Positions 38,237 through 51,305 of a DNA stretch of 64,000 nt are shown here, in pieces (position 1 is the first letter of the stretch; each line of letters opens with the position of its first letter). The stretch is from Podarcis liolepis (taxonomy: Eukaryota), in NCBI GenBank assembly GCA_965112155.1, contig OZ218103.1. One strand, 5' to 3'. The translations under genes were made by a program, and so were the position numbers. The notes beneath the pieces were generated by a model. The model was not told the origin of the DNA, did not search any database, and was given only the letters and a program-made list of their open reading frames with translations.

Positions 38237-38519
38237 GTTTATTATGGCTGAGTTTGTGTGTAACAGCTAAACCATGATTTAGTGTTACATGCACGAGCCT
38301 CTGCAAGCCCAAGTGAAGCCATAGGCTGCAATGTTCCCCACTCCCTTCCTCCCATGTGACTGGGAGAAGGATTGAACTGTGATTCAGTATCACATTCCAC
38401 AATTCATTGCTTGTCACTACATATTGTTACAAAAGTAACTGAAAACACAAGAGGGTCTGTAGGAAAGGTGAGCTTTCAGATACTTTGGACCTGTTATTTA
38501 GAGCTTTAAACACTAGCGT

Positions 38520-38880
38520 GCGCACATTAAATTAAACTTAGAAATGAACTGGCAGCCAATGCAGCTGTTTTAAAGGAATGCTTATACAAATTCTAAAGGC
38601 AACCCTATCCAGTAACCTGGTCACTGCATTTTGAACCAGTTGACTTTTCTGATTTGTCTTCAAGGGCAGCCCTACATAGAACACATTGCAATAATCCAGT
38701 CTGAAAGTTACCAGAGCATGGAATACTGTGTCCAAATCATCTCTGTCCTGGGGGGCCGTTTCCAATAACCAAATGTATCTAGAAACAGCTGAGCCACTGA
38801 GGCCAGCTGGGCCTCAGGTGACAATATTGGTTCCAGGAGTTCCCTCAAGCTACAAACATGCCCCTTCCTGAACTCCATCC
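38520..38880 (-). mobile_element. L2 LINE ORF2 fragment
   Basis: ORF 38538..38765: HALVTFRLDYCN...GLP...QLVQNAVTRL...LKQLHWLPV, the classic L2-clade motif. Confidence 0.88.
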
Positions 38881-39566
38881 ATTCCCACCAGAATTTCTGT
38901 GGTAGAAAAATATTGGGACAGTTTTATGGGGCAGGAGAGCAAAAAGCTTTAGGGTTGAGGGTACTAGGAAAGTATAGAGGTGTCAGCCTTGTTGTTAGTG
39001 GCTGAAGTAGGTTCAGAGTTGAACAGTTTCTCACAACTTTAAATAAAGAGGGAAGTATAAAGTCTTTGAAGAGCAGCTGCTAACATCTTACAGGACAGCA
39101 GAAGCAAAAGCAGAGGAAAGAGCAGGGCAGGAACATCAAATATACCAAGTATAATGATGTTCTTTGTGCTCAAGATTCTTGTCATTTTGTAAGATAGTAT
39201 GTTGCTGCTCTCCTTCCTCTTGAATTCATTGAAGCCTGCTGAAATATCTGTGGTAGTAACACGCCCAGAGGGTTTTTTGGAGCTCCTATACATGGCTCCC
39301 TCTGTTTGGCTTATTTATAAAATTATGCTGCTGCTTTTATTTTTAATTATTCAATTATTTGATTTGGTGATAGGCCTATTTTATTGAAGTATGTCCAACA
39401 GTGAATAAGACATTGAACGCCCTAGGCACTAAGCTATACAAAGGCTGCATACAACGCTGCCTGCTTTCTCATAGTGTCCCCCTGCCAGAGAGAGAGAGAC
39501 CATCCTTTTTTCTTCATTTGCACCGGACAGAAAGTCAGGAAAGAGCCCGCTGCCTAGCTCTCACCT

Positions 39567-39611
39567 GTTTGTTTGCTTGTTTGTTTGTTTGTTTGTTTGT
39601 TTGTTTGTTTG
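39567..39611. repeat. (GTTT)n microsatellite
   Basis: Directly visible. Confidence 0.95.
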
Positions 39612-40189
39612 AATGACATGATTATACTTTTCTTTAAGCGCAGCACAGCATAGCTTGCTTCTGAATTTCTGAGAAGACATAACCTGCCCTGTGTTATAGC
39701 CAAGTGTGTTGGTGTGTTTCTGACGACTTTATCAGAGGAAGAGGGAAAAGCTTTCAGTTGGAATTTCAGTGCAGCTCTGGGGGTCTTTAAAGGCAACCAT
39801 TAGGGGGTGAAAATGTAAAGTTTCAGTATCTTTATAACCCCCCCCCCCCACTAATTTTTGGCATCATCACCACTACAGCAACTCACAGAGCCAGCACAGG
39901 CAATCTCACAGCCATTGCACCCAGAATGTTTCATTCTGTGGAAGAACCTTCTTGGTCCTTAATTCAGCAAAGCGGGGGGGGGGGGGGATCTAGGTAGGCC
40001 TGTGGGATGCTAACTTGCCCCTCCCATGCTCATTTCTGAGGTGATTGCCTCAGTTTGCCTAACGGTAAGGCTGGCCCTGATCTTGTGGCACCATCTACTT
40101 CAAGTGGGCTGTCCATCACTTTACAGAAACTGGACTGCCATCTCTCAGGGAAGCTTCAGTTGTATGCTGCATTAACAATTCTCCATTAT

Positions 40190-40261
40190 GGATCCTGCAT
40201 TAAGCAAGTGGCTGGACTAAATTGCCTCCAAGGTCCTTTCCAACACTGGTTCTATTCTATG
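40190..40261 (+). mobile_element. CR1 3' end
   Basis: cctgcatt.agca.gtggctggacta...ggtcctttccaac...ttctattctatg. Confidence 0.65.
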
Positions 40262-40947
40262 GCTCAAAATACATCCTTTCCATTGTTTCTGATATAAGAC
40301 GAATTCAGTATTTATTGTGTTAGATTTTTTTTAAAAAACAAAGACCAGATCACAGATGGAAGTTAAGTGCTTTTCTTTTTTTTATGTGATCTCTTTCTAC
40401 AAACAGGATCATGTTGAGAAGCAGGAATATGAATCAGATTTTCCATAGATATTGCCATCCTGCAATTTTTTAAAAATGCTACCACTTAAAAAAAAAAGTC
40501 TGGATTGCTAGCAGCCTGATTCACACAGGTTTGTGAGTCGTGTACATAGGAAAAAAATGAGGAAAAAATGCTTGGTTCATATGTGAACTTACTTTGCTAA
40601 ACACATCCCTAATATGAATTTTTAAGGCTTATTTCTCTTGATGTTGTCCTAAGCAAGTTATAAGGTCATTTTTCTTAGTTTTTGGGCAGGAGATTCATAC
40701 AAAGAACCAATCCAGCTCACTCAAACTGGGTGCAAATATGTAGGCTTGTGTTTCCTTAAAGTCATACTGTTTGTCTTTGTGTGGAAAGTGAGTAGTAAGA
40801 AATGTGGTCCTTTCAAGCCTCCTTTCTTTTTCATTTTTTTGCTGATTCTGTTGCTTTGTAGAACATTCTGCCAGAAAACCTGTGTCAGATATCTAATTGC
40901 ACAATCCTCTCTGAAAACTCATCCTCCTCCCAAATGTATATTTTCAG

Positions 40948-41036
40948 ATATGTTACATCCATATCGTATGAAGAATATTACTGGACATGGTATAAATTGG
41001 CCACATCAAAAGCTGCAGAAGAGTTTAAAAGCCCAG
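40948..41036 (+). CDS. UBE2U: UBE2U coding exon 7: (R)YVTSISYEEYYWTWYKLATSKAAEEFKSP(V)
   Basis: Acceptor ttttcag ends 40947, donor gtaagc at 41037; 89 bp; aligns with recalled human TTSFSDYYQTWSRIATSKATEYYRTP. Confidence 0.93.
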
Positions 41037-42430
41037 GTAAGCTGATGCTTTTGGTTTAGCAAAAACTAAAGATAGCAAGCCTGATTCTGATCTTGTGCTA
41101 GATTTGAGTAAGTGCAAGGGCTCATTCTCATGACCTCCTAGTACGGCAGCTGCAGTTTTAAGTCAGGCCACACAAACTTTCAGGAGCAATGCCATACACT
41201 AAGGAAATTTTTGGATGAAAGCTGGCTCATGACTTTGAGAGATTTTGGTTAGTCCTATTAAAGGTATTATAATACTGCAGCTTCTGTAGCAGTTGCTTTT
41301 TTTTGTTATGGAGAAATGTAGCTACCTTCTTTTTAAAGTTGCATGTATGTGCCAGTACCACATGAACAATTCATCATGGATTGATATTTTTCACCCACCG
41401 TGCACTCTTGAAATGCTCAAGTGATATGTAGGAGCAAGACGGGTGCAATACATTGTGTCACCTGAGGCAGACGGTGGCCATCATCCTGCCCCCCCCCCAT
41501 TTCCCCTACCTCTGCTGTCAGTTCCCCTCCTCCTTTCCCTTCTGCTGCTGCCACTGTTACCCCTTCCTTGCCTCAACTAGTTACAGTAAACTTAACTTCA
41601 GGAGTGCCAGCTTGGCCCTGCGACCATGGATGCCCGGGGCTGTGGGTGCCATGCAGTGTGCATGGCCCTGGCACTGGAATTTGTGGGTGCCCAGTCCCTT
41701 CATAGGGAATTTTGTGGATGCTTGGGCACCCAGGGCCCCAGGGAGTTGGCACCTACACTTAAGTTTAAACAGAACTTCTAGCTGTTGCTGCCAATCAATG
41801 GCAGCAGAGGTATTCTCCCAGTCACCTTTTTCAAAATGCCTTTACTCTTCCTCAGAGCATGGCAGGGGGAAGAGGGGGTGGTACTGAAGCTTCTTGCTGC
41901 TCTGATGTAGTAGCAGCAGGGCTGGTGGGCGGGCTGGTAAATAGGGGACCGGTTTGCCATTCTCCCAAATATAATATTTGAAAACTAAAAACATGTACAC
42001 AGAACAATTCTAATAATAAGTTAGAATTTAAAATAGCAGCAGTAATACAGCAAGGCCTAAAAGTCACCAGTGTCTATGAAAATTGGTTATACCCTGTCTC
42101 CTGAATAATAAAAGGTTGGTGGCTCAGTTACTCTACAAGTGGGACACAAACACTGAGAAGGTCGTTTTCCTGGTTGCTGTTTTCCTAATGTCAACTGGCA
42201 GAAACACCCATAGAAGAAACAATGAAACATGTCTTAAATTCACTTTTGTATATAGGATTTTATTTAGGGTTCATGTTGCTCGCTGAAGTTTTCCTTTATC
42301 ATTCCTTCAGCTTCCATACTATGCTGAAAGGCATAGTATGTTTAAGGATCAGGCTTGTTGTTCAGACCCTTATTGTTTCCACTAAACATAATTGTTCTCC
42401 TGTTGAAACTGTTGGCAATTCTCTTTCTAG

Positions 42431-42512
42431 TGTTTGAAGACCCAAACTTCATAGGAAACCGCTATGGATGGAGGGCAGAAAATGTGGACAAAGGACAATG
42501 GGATAGTCTTAC
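42431..42512 (+). CDS. UBE2U: UBE2U coding exon 8: (V)FEDPNFIGNRYGWRAENVDKGQWDSL(T)
   Basis: Acceptor ctttctag ends 42430, donor gtatgt at 42513; 82 bp; PNFIG motif shared with human. Confidence 0.92.
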
Positions 42513-42773
42513 GTATGTATCTTATGAAAATTCAAATTGTTCACATCGAGAAGCAGCAAAATATGGTGCCAAATTTGGGGTCTTGGTGTTATAGTGATTA
42601 TATATGCAAAATGTCTTTGTGAGGATATCTGTAGTAAATCAAAATGTATGCTTTGAATTATGAAGCCACAGGGTCAAGTAATACAGAATCATGTAGCAAT
42701 AATAATAATACAGTGTAAGGACTCCATCAGCAATGAGTTCACCTGTCTCTTTTGTGAAAGTTTAACAACTTTT

Positions 42774-42774
<1 letters not shown>

Positions 42775-42824
<50 letters not shown>
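42775..42824. repeat. (AAAG)n microsatellite
   Basis: Directly visible. Confidence 0.97.
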
Positions 42825-43519
42825 AAAACTAACTTCTGGGGTGTTTGAAGCAGGGGTTCTCAAAAGTTCATAATGCTATTGTTCAGAAAGCAAATTTGTC
42901 TCGCTTATAATGCTCAGATGTATTATGAATTCCGCATTCTTTCCTTGAGAGGTCTTCTCTGGGTCAAAATATAAAAGGAGATTATGGATATGCATGAGCT
43001 GTAAGTTTTTAACTGCTCTTCAGAATTTCATTTCTATTTTCATCCTACTCCTAGGTGCTAATTGTTCCAGGGAACTATGCAGTTCTTAAGTTACAGCACA
43101 TCTCGAGGCAGCTCCTGAGCCTTGGGAGCAAAGGAGCTCAGCAATCCTTGAACTTGTCTGTCCAAATGAGCAAAACCTTGGCAGGGTCTCCTCATAATTT
43201 CTTTCTGTAAACCCTTTCATTAGTCCATGTCACCCTAGTTAGACTCTTAGGATAGAGTTCCTTCATGTCAAGCGGCTGCTGAAAACTCACTGAAAATATA
43301 GGCACCTTTTGGCAATAGTATAAGCAAAAAGAAAACTGAAATGACATGTTTGACTCAGAATTAGTTTTGGGGACAATTCTCTTTATTATTTTATCCAATG
43401 TGTGTGGTTGCTGCCTCCTAAGTATATTTAAAATCTTCTATTCTTCTTTGTGTCTGCTTGGGATTGGGAGAAGAGGCTTGACTTTCCAGTATGCCTCTGA
43501 TACTAGGTACTGGGATATA

Positions 43520-43628
43520 ATACTCATGGCCTGTTTGTGGTCTCCATGCATCTGGTTGGCCACCGTGAGAACAGAATGCTGAATTACATAGGGCTTTGGT
43601 CTGATTGGGCCCTTCTTATGTTCTTAAT
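43520..43628 (+). mobile_element. CR1 3' end with (TTCTTATG)n-type tail
   Basis: gcatctggttggccaccgtgagaacagaatgctg...ttggtctgat...ttcttatgttctta. Confidence 0.7.
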
Positions 43629-44925
43629 TATTTGTGGAAGACTATCAGGTTGCAGGAGGCCCATACCTGTCCCTATGGATCTCCAAATAATCTTGCCTTT
43701 ATTTGTTTTTGTGACTCAGTTCAGTGTTCCTTTAGTTCACTGGCTCTATAGAAAATGGCTTTTGGTGGCACAGAAGACTAAATGGATAGCATTGTTTTGC
43801 TGCCTTCAAACAACTGAGTATCTGAGAAATAAATTGTCTACCTAACTCTACCTGTCACCCAGCCTGGCCCTCCTTTGTTACACATAACAGTTACTGCTTC
43901 TTTTCTGTCTCTAATCACTGATCTTAGTGCCTCTGTATCTCCACAAGGAGCATCATCAGGGTCAGGATGCAGCACTCAACCAAGTAAATTTGCAATATTT
44001 CACATTTTGTCTCATTAAGGAGAGAGGAGTGGACAAGGAAGTTGACTGCTAGTGGATTCCTGTGATTTCCCCAATACTGCAACCAGCCCTCCTTTAGCTG
44101 CTACTTATTTTTCCCTGTCATTTTCAATACTTGCATATGACAGAATATGCAGAATGGGCTGGTCCTGGGGCTGTGTGGGGAGTGCGTCCTCGTCCTTATA
44201 AAGGCCAATCATTCCATTTTATTTGGAACTTGCTCTGGGAACAGAGAGCAAGGCACCCCTGTCCCTCTGACCCCAGAGCAAATAATCAGTCAGTCTGATT
44301 ATAATGTCTAAAGGTTATAGAATAGATTATACCCATATGGAAGAATCTATTTTACCTGACTTGCACTATGTATTTAATGTATGTTTTGAAACATGCTGAA
44401 GAAGATTGCAACTAATTATTTCATATATATGTTTATATACACAGGGCAGGGAAAGGCACTTCACCAGATAGTTTTGCCCACAAACTCACAGAAATGCTAT
44501 GAATATCTAATTTGAAGTTCAAATTGAAGGAAAGCAAACTATGGGACTAAATGAGTTTATTTTTCTTTCTGAAGAAACTCGAGGAATATAGGGTTAATTT
44601 TTCTTTGACACAACTTCCTTGTTTTATTTCCCTTAACAGAAGTTCTTTGTGTTATGCATTTGATAATTGCTTCATTATGTAGCACCACAGCATCCTACGT
44701 GACCCAAGAAAACATTCCAAAAAACTGAGAACGTCCTTTTTGACCCATCTGTCCATTTTTTACTTTTAAAAAAATGCAGCATGAACAGGCTGGAGCTGTT
44801 TGAGAAAGCAGCATTTGCTGTGAATCAGAGCAGCTTTCTCATGTTAACTTCATAGGAACATGAAAGAAACTTGCTATGAACCCCCCACCCGTTTGAATTT
44901 GCCTGAGTGAAATGGCCACCTCCCA

Positions 44926-44939
44926 CTGCCATCTGGCGG
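44926..44939 (-). promoter_or_regulatory. Candidate CTCF site
   Basis: Minus strand CCGCCAGATGGCAG matches the core CC(A/G)C(C/T)AG(A/G)(G/T)GGC(A/G) at every position. Motif evidence only. Confidence 0.45.
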
Positions 44940-45574
44940 TAGGAGACAGACACTTTCCAATCTGGTCTCCTTTTTATCTGTTGCTTCTTTTGGTTGGCAA
45001 AAAGCTGATTCCCCTAACTATTGCATGTCAAGATGAGGACAGCAGCAATCCAGTTTTGCTTGTAGTGAAAAAGTTGTCTGCGTGGCTGACCCTGTTGTGT
45101 CGCAGCATAAAGCCATACCTGAAGGCAGAGATTGGTGTCTGAATGGTGTAGCAAGGCATCTTAGAATGTTGTCTTTTGCAGGGAGGTGCCAATTGGGTTC
45201 CGCTTCAGGCAGGAAATGCCTTGAGGTGGCATTGGCTGCCTGAGGAGCACTTCAGCATGAGCAGAGATATGTCATAGGCATCTTGAGCTAAGTGCTTAAA
45301 AGCAATAATTCAGTACAGGGTAAGCTCTGCTCAAGGATGAAGCACTCAAGCATGTATTTTGAGTGTTTTGCTAGTATATTGACTATATTAATTTTATACA
45401 ATGTTTTGTGTATAATGTATATAATAAGATATTAGATTTATTTTTTTTAGGAACATAAGGCACTCCTGACAATTAAGATCACATCTTAACATGCAGAAAT
45501 GGGAATGGGAATTTTCCCAAAGACATACTCGTGGACGTGGCCCTGGATTTGTGCTGTTACCTCTGTGCAAAACA

Positions 45575-45577
<3 letters not shown>

Positions 45578-45617
<40 letters not shown>

Positions 45618-45800
45618 TAACAAACTTTTATTTATAACCCACCCTCCCCGGCCAAAGTCGGGCTCAGGGTGGCTAACATCAGATATATAACATTGGTATA
45701 AAATCAAACAATAATTAAATTACCTCCTAAAAACAGGTCAAAATCAAATTAAACAGGTCAAAATTAAATTAAAGATGGCTTTCCGCAGAGTTAGGGACGG
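45578..45800 (-). mobile_element. L2-type 3' end with (AAT)n microsatellite
   Basis: (AAT)n then tttatttataacccaccctcccc...gggctcagggtggctaac, the L2 3' hairpin in reverse. Confidence 0.6.
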
Positions 45801-48800
45801 GAACAGTAAGTTTGAACATTTGCAGTTTCTCTTTTAACATGTAAATTTGGATAGGAAGAAAAGACCAGAGTGATAGTCATAATTTCAGCTCCGCTAAATA
45901 TACCAGTAATTTTATGATTAAAGCTGAATTCATAAAACATTTTAAAACAGCACATAAGGCTGTTTTTATGTAGCATTTGTTCCTACAAACTGTGGTGAGA
46001 ATGGTCAGCCACCTATTTTGTGGGCACCACTGCAAACTTTGCCTGTAGCAGCTTGAAGGATGTAAATAAACAGTTGTCTGAAGGCCCTCATTTTCTGGAG
46101 GCCCTGTGTGCTTAGCCTTGCCATGGTGGACTTTCCATAGCTGTTGGGCAGGATGAGAATACCATTCAGCTCACTAAATAGTTGGAGCCTATAGATTACT
46201 GTCTCTCAGTGCAATTACAGTTGCCTTGCGGGGTGGGGGTGGGTTTAAGTTGATAAGCACATGTTAAGTGGCCATCGGATTTCACACACTGATACTTCAT
46301 AAAGTACTTAGGGCAATGCTTATTACAGAACTAGTCTCTCTGCTGTAGAATGCAAACTTCTGCTATGTACAGAGCTCTTCTGAATTCTGCAATTAAAATG
46401 AGTTGTCTGTATATAAAAAGCTTCAAAGCAGTCACTAGCTTCACTTACAAAAACTGCTCTCTTTTTGACATCACATCTCTCATTTTGCTAGACCTAGTAA
46501 GCAACATTATGCACCAAAATGCTTCATAGCCATAGTTAGTGATTGATCCTAAACATTTCTTCTTTCTGGGATATCTCCTGCAATGACTGGGTAATATCCC
46601 CAGAACACTAGTGTGTTGTCATGTGTTCTGACATTCTGCAGGTGACATTCATGAGCAGCTTTTGCAAGTTTAGAAGGTCCTATGTTAGGCAACTGGACTT
46701 TCCGCAAGGAAGTATATCACATATATATGTCATCTTCTGCCCCATGGTCATAGCAGGAACAAGAAATGCTGAATAAGGTTTTACAAGGAACTGTGGGCTC
46801 ATTTTTTAATAAGCTCCCATTGAGTACTGTGGGGCAAAGTTAGTTGGCTCCAGTTGGTGACACTTTGGGGAATAGGTGGTGATTAGGACATTAAACTAAA
46901 TTCTTTCTTGTTGCAGCAAAGTGAGGCTTAGATTTTGTTTGTTTCCCCTTGATTTATCCATGTGCACCAGGCAATGTAGTTTGTAACTATTTGTATAAAA
47001 CAGCAGTGACAAATAATAGCGAGAAAGGTACTTATGAAGATGATTTTTTTTTTTTTAATATTGGGAAGGGTGCCTCAGATTCAGTTAACAGATTGAAAGA
47101 GAGCGCAGGGATTTTACCAGCTTAATGATCATTGAAACACTTTGAGCATGTAGTACATTTTTAAGAAACACCCCCTGCAATTCTTTGTGGAAATCTAAAC
47201 CATTTACGCCCCCATGTGGCTGAAAGGAGAATTCATTTAACCAAATTAAGTTTATATTTAATTGAAAGTCACTCCCCCCGCCCCGGTTTTGTCAGTGGGA
47301 GCAGGAGAATGGATAAATCAAGGGCTTATACAGACTTTTCATTTTTCAGAAGATCAAGGTGCTCTTGGGTTGATTTCCTTCTAGGTTATGCATTGTCAGG
47401 AAGTAGAATTTGAGTTATAGTGGCAAGCAAACCACAAATCACACCGGACAAAACAGATTTTCTCCCACCAGAAACTACTGAAGCCAAAATATATGAATTT
47501 AGTGTATGTGTGTTAACTTTTGTGATTGTCATAGACATCTGTTTGACAGTGTCACAAGACTCAATCCCCTCTCTATGCCTGAACAATACTTTTACATTTT
47601 AAAAAAATAAGGGAGGAACCTGTAAGTTTAATACTACTAAAGCGTTTATGTGACCCATTTAAAAGAGTGGAAAATTCAAGGTTAACCCCTCCCCATTGCA
47701 GCATTGCTCTGCAAATAATTAAGTTCTTGCTAACTTTTTTTAAAAAGTGTATTTCCATTGAAAGATCTGTTTGCCCCTCTCTGTAGCACTGGAGAGCATC
47801 TAGTAATGTTGTCTGATTTTAAGGAAAGGGTGAGTGTGGTTCCAGAATTTGGGGGTGGTATTGATTTAAATTTGCTTTCATTGTGGCTGTACTGGTACTC
47901 TGAGCAATCCACCCATTTGGTTATGTGGGTAGGCAAAAAAATAATGATAACTGAATAATTCATCATATCTACTTTTTAAGGACCAAACAATGCACGTTGT
48001 GGGAGATCTGATTGGATTTCAAAGTGTCATTTTCCATGTTTTGTCTAGTCTTTTTAATGTTACCACTCTTCTATATTGTTGTCATGCGTAAGGGTATAGC
48101 TTTTCTAATATTACAGGACTGTAATATTTCTTTCCAAGGTTAGGTCTGTTTTAGCTGCGACAGTCAGCAAGGATAGCCAAAATGCCCTACAGATGTTGTA
48201 GGCTGTAACTCCCATTGGTCCTGACTATTGTTCATACTGGCTGGAGCTGATGTGAGTTGTAGTCCATCTGCAGAGCATCTGGAGGGCACCATGCTGACTA
48301 CATCTGGTGCATATTTCCCTCCGCCACAGCCAAGGCAGATAACTAGAGCTATTCCACTGGAATATATACAGTGTTCAAGTATTCAACTTTACATTGCATG
48401 CTGTCCGTTGCTCAGATTCTGGTGTGAACAACTGCAATTGGTATAGCAAAAAAGCATCTTGTTAATAAAGTTTATTGCTCTGAAAACAATGGCGCAAAAT
48501 GCAAAGAAGCAATATGAGCAGAGCATAAAAAATAAATGAATTCTGGGAATTGTGTTTGCTGTTGTGAGTGAGAGCATGTGAGGTGCCGAGGCACACGCAT
48601 TCTTGTCCACAGGAGTCCGTAAGTGCATGCCTGGGAATGTGGGTTATCCTGCCAATCCTACTTCAAAGGGTCTCTTTCATGCTTAGCAGATAAGAACCTG
48701 CTTTGTTATCTTGCTGAAAGTTGGGTAAAGTGCTAAATATCTTGAAGAGCAAAGCCCCAGTCAGGACCTGCCCACACTTTCATGAGGCAAGCTGAAACAA

Positions 48801-48845
48801 TTGCCGCATTCAGCTGGGGGTGGCAAATGGGTGCCCCCAAGACCT

Positions 48846-48877
<32 letters not shown>

Positions 48878-49473
48878 CTTGTGGGTTTAAGTACAACATC
48901 TAGGTGCAGCAGCAAAGCAGCAGTGGTGGTGCAGGGGCTCTCCCAGTCACCTTGTCCAGAATGCCTTGCTCTGAGAAAAGACCCCTTGGCCCTTCCTCAG
49001 AGCAATGTAGGGAGGAGGTGGAGAGAATGCCAGTGCTTCCACCATTAGCATGGTGGCGGGGAGGGGAGGAAGAGGATAAGGGGGGGGGGAGAAGGAAGTG
49101 TAGGTGGCCATGTCAGGGGCTAGAGGAAGAAGATAAGGAAAAGGTGGCACTAGTGGCAAGGAGGAGGAGGAGTTTGGGCAGAGGTGAGGAGGCTGTGGCC
49201 ACTCATGTCAAGCAATGCAATCTCTTGTACCAGCATTGCTCCCAGCTGTTTTGTTTTTGTGCATGCTGAAGTATTTTTTCAGATAAGAATTAACTTTGAA
49301 CTATTCTGGAGCCCGAACCTGAAAGCCATCTGCTGCAGATAAGATTAACTGAAAATCAATTAGGTTTCTAAGACTTTACTTCTGGTACTGTAGCAAACAA
49401 GTCCATGTTTCTGTTCATGGCCCAAGTTACATTCAATCGTGCTCATTTCCTTTTTGGTTCTTTATCATTTCAG

Positions 49474-49571
49474 GCATCGATTGTTAATCTCTGAGTTTAT
49501 CAAAAACCAAAAGAGAGAAAGATTGGTAGAAAGCAAGAAAAGTTATAATCCTCTGCTAAGCCCATCTCCAG
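49474..49571 (+). CDS. UBE2U: UBE2U coding exon 9 (probable): (T)HRLLISEFIKNQKRERLVESKKSYNPLLSPSP(A)
   Basis: Strong pyrimidine tract plus cag ending 49473; donor gtactt at 49572; 98 bp; open, phase 2 in and phase 1 out, bridging exons 8 and 10. Weak sequence similarity to mammals. Confidence 0.72.
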
Positions 49572-50783
49572 GTACTTCTCAGACTCCAAGATTTTTGTTT
49601 TTTACTTTCTTTGAAGCGACATATGTGTAGGTGGAAGAAATAGCCAACTTTCCCTGAAGTAATTGGGATTGTTGCTTGTGAACTTAGAGCTAAACTGATT
49701 TTATAATATACTATATAAAAATATAGCCATCTCTTTTCACTGTTGGAGATCATGTCATTTAGATGAATGAAAAGGTGTGTAGGTGTTACACACTTCCTTC
49801 TTTGTGAAGAGCATTTGGGGGGGGGTCCTATTAGGACTAGGACAAAATCCTCCTATTTTGCACCAAACTACTGCTGCACAAACATGGAGAATGCCATTCC
49901 AATTCCTTTCTGGATTGCACCAGGAACCTCAAATGAAGACCTTCTAGGTGTGGCTTAATGCTTGGAGGGCTCATAGCCTGGCTTGGAACAGTACGCCATC
50001 ACAGAGAAGATTGATCTGACAGATTGAAGATATTTCCCAAAACTTAATGATCCATCCCTGACAAATGCTTATCAGTCTTCCCTGTAACACCTCCAGAGGA
50101 TGATTTCACATTCTCCCTAGGCAATCAGGTCTATGGCCCAGAAATGCAAGACAGGATTCTTTCCATAATATGCGGCTTAAATCATTGTTGCCACGCTGCC
50201 TCTTGTCCTTGCATGAGTGGCAAAGGTGAACCTCAATCTTCCCTGTGAGTACATTTTCAACATATGGAAAATGTTACTGTACTCTCCTTTAATCATATCT
50301 TCTGTAGCATAAAGATATCTGGTTTCCTCTTTTGTACTATCTGCATGGTGGGCAGATTTCTATAAAATGTGTTAACTTTTTCTGTAAAACCCAACATGTA
50401 AACATTTTGAGCATACACTCTACCTGATGGACTTTTCCATAAACAAAACAAATTTTATACCTAAAACAATAAATATTAACCCAAATCAAAGGTCCTACCA
50501 TCTTAAGCCATATTTCCAGACACAAATAATTATATGCATATTATTTCTCAAAATGATCATAAAAAGTCACTTCAAAGTAACTACCCTACTCCTAATATAC
50601 TAAAACACCATTTGAGTTCTTTGAAATATAAGAAAAATTATCTAGCACATATGTTAATATAGTATACCACTTTTTAAAATTTTAAAAAACCACAAATGTT
50701 GTGCTCCAATTTAGTTACAGTTTTACACACACACAAAATCATTTATTCTCTTGTTTCCTTTTGCATAATTCCTACTATGAAAG

Positions 50784-50911
50784 CATCTGGATCCCAGAGT
50801 ACTTCTGGAAGAGTGTCTAAGAACAGGAGCCAGGATGAGGAGCAATGGGAGAAGGAAGCGGAAGATCTAGTAATGTGGTCTGCAAGTCTTGAGCACATGA
50901 AATTGGATTAA
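50784..50911 (+). CDS. UBE2U: UBE2U last coding exon: (A)SGSQSTSGRVSKNRSQDEEQWEKEAEDLVMWSASLEHMKLD*
   Basis: First AG after a long pyrimidine tract ends 50783; EAEDLVMWSASL matches recalled human EVEDLISWTNTL; TAA at 50909-50911. Summed CDS is 933 nt = 310 aa plus stop. Confidence 0.88.
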
Positions 50912-51078
50912 ACTACGATCACTAATGTAATCAAGGTTGAGAGCAATATTGTTGTTGCAATGGGATCAAATGTCCAGCCATTCACCAGACCCCCCTACTC
51001 TGTACAGTTTAATATGAGGGAGATCATCTGCATATTAACTTCCAGTAGCACCTTAAAGACCAACTAAGTTAGTTCTTG

Positions 51079-51116
51079 GTATGAGCTTTCGTGTGCATGC
51101 ACACTTCTTCAGATAC
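51079..51116 (-). ncRNA. Minimal hammerhead ribozyme motif, copy 2
   Basis: 38 nt identical to copy 1. Confidence 0.8.
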
Positions 51117-51305
51117 ACTGAAACAGAAGTTGCCAGATCCTTCTATATAGTGAGAAGGTGGGGAGGGGTATTACTCAGAAGGGTGGTGGGAATGGGAGAT
51201 TGGCAGATAGCTGAGATGAGCCTGTTGACGACTCTTAATAATAGGTCTTACAGGAAAAGGCAAGGGGTGAGAAGGTGAGAAATGGCTTAGTCATGTATAA
51301 TGAGT

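Noticed and set aside
47386-47413. Strong acceptor (ttccttctag) as UBE2U exon 9
   Set aside because: In the phase required after exon 8 it hits TAG within seven codons; 49474-49571 fits both neighbours.
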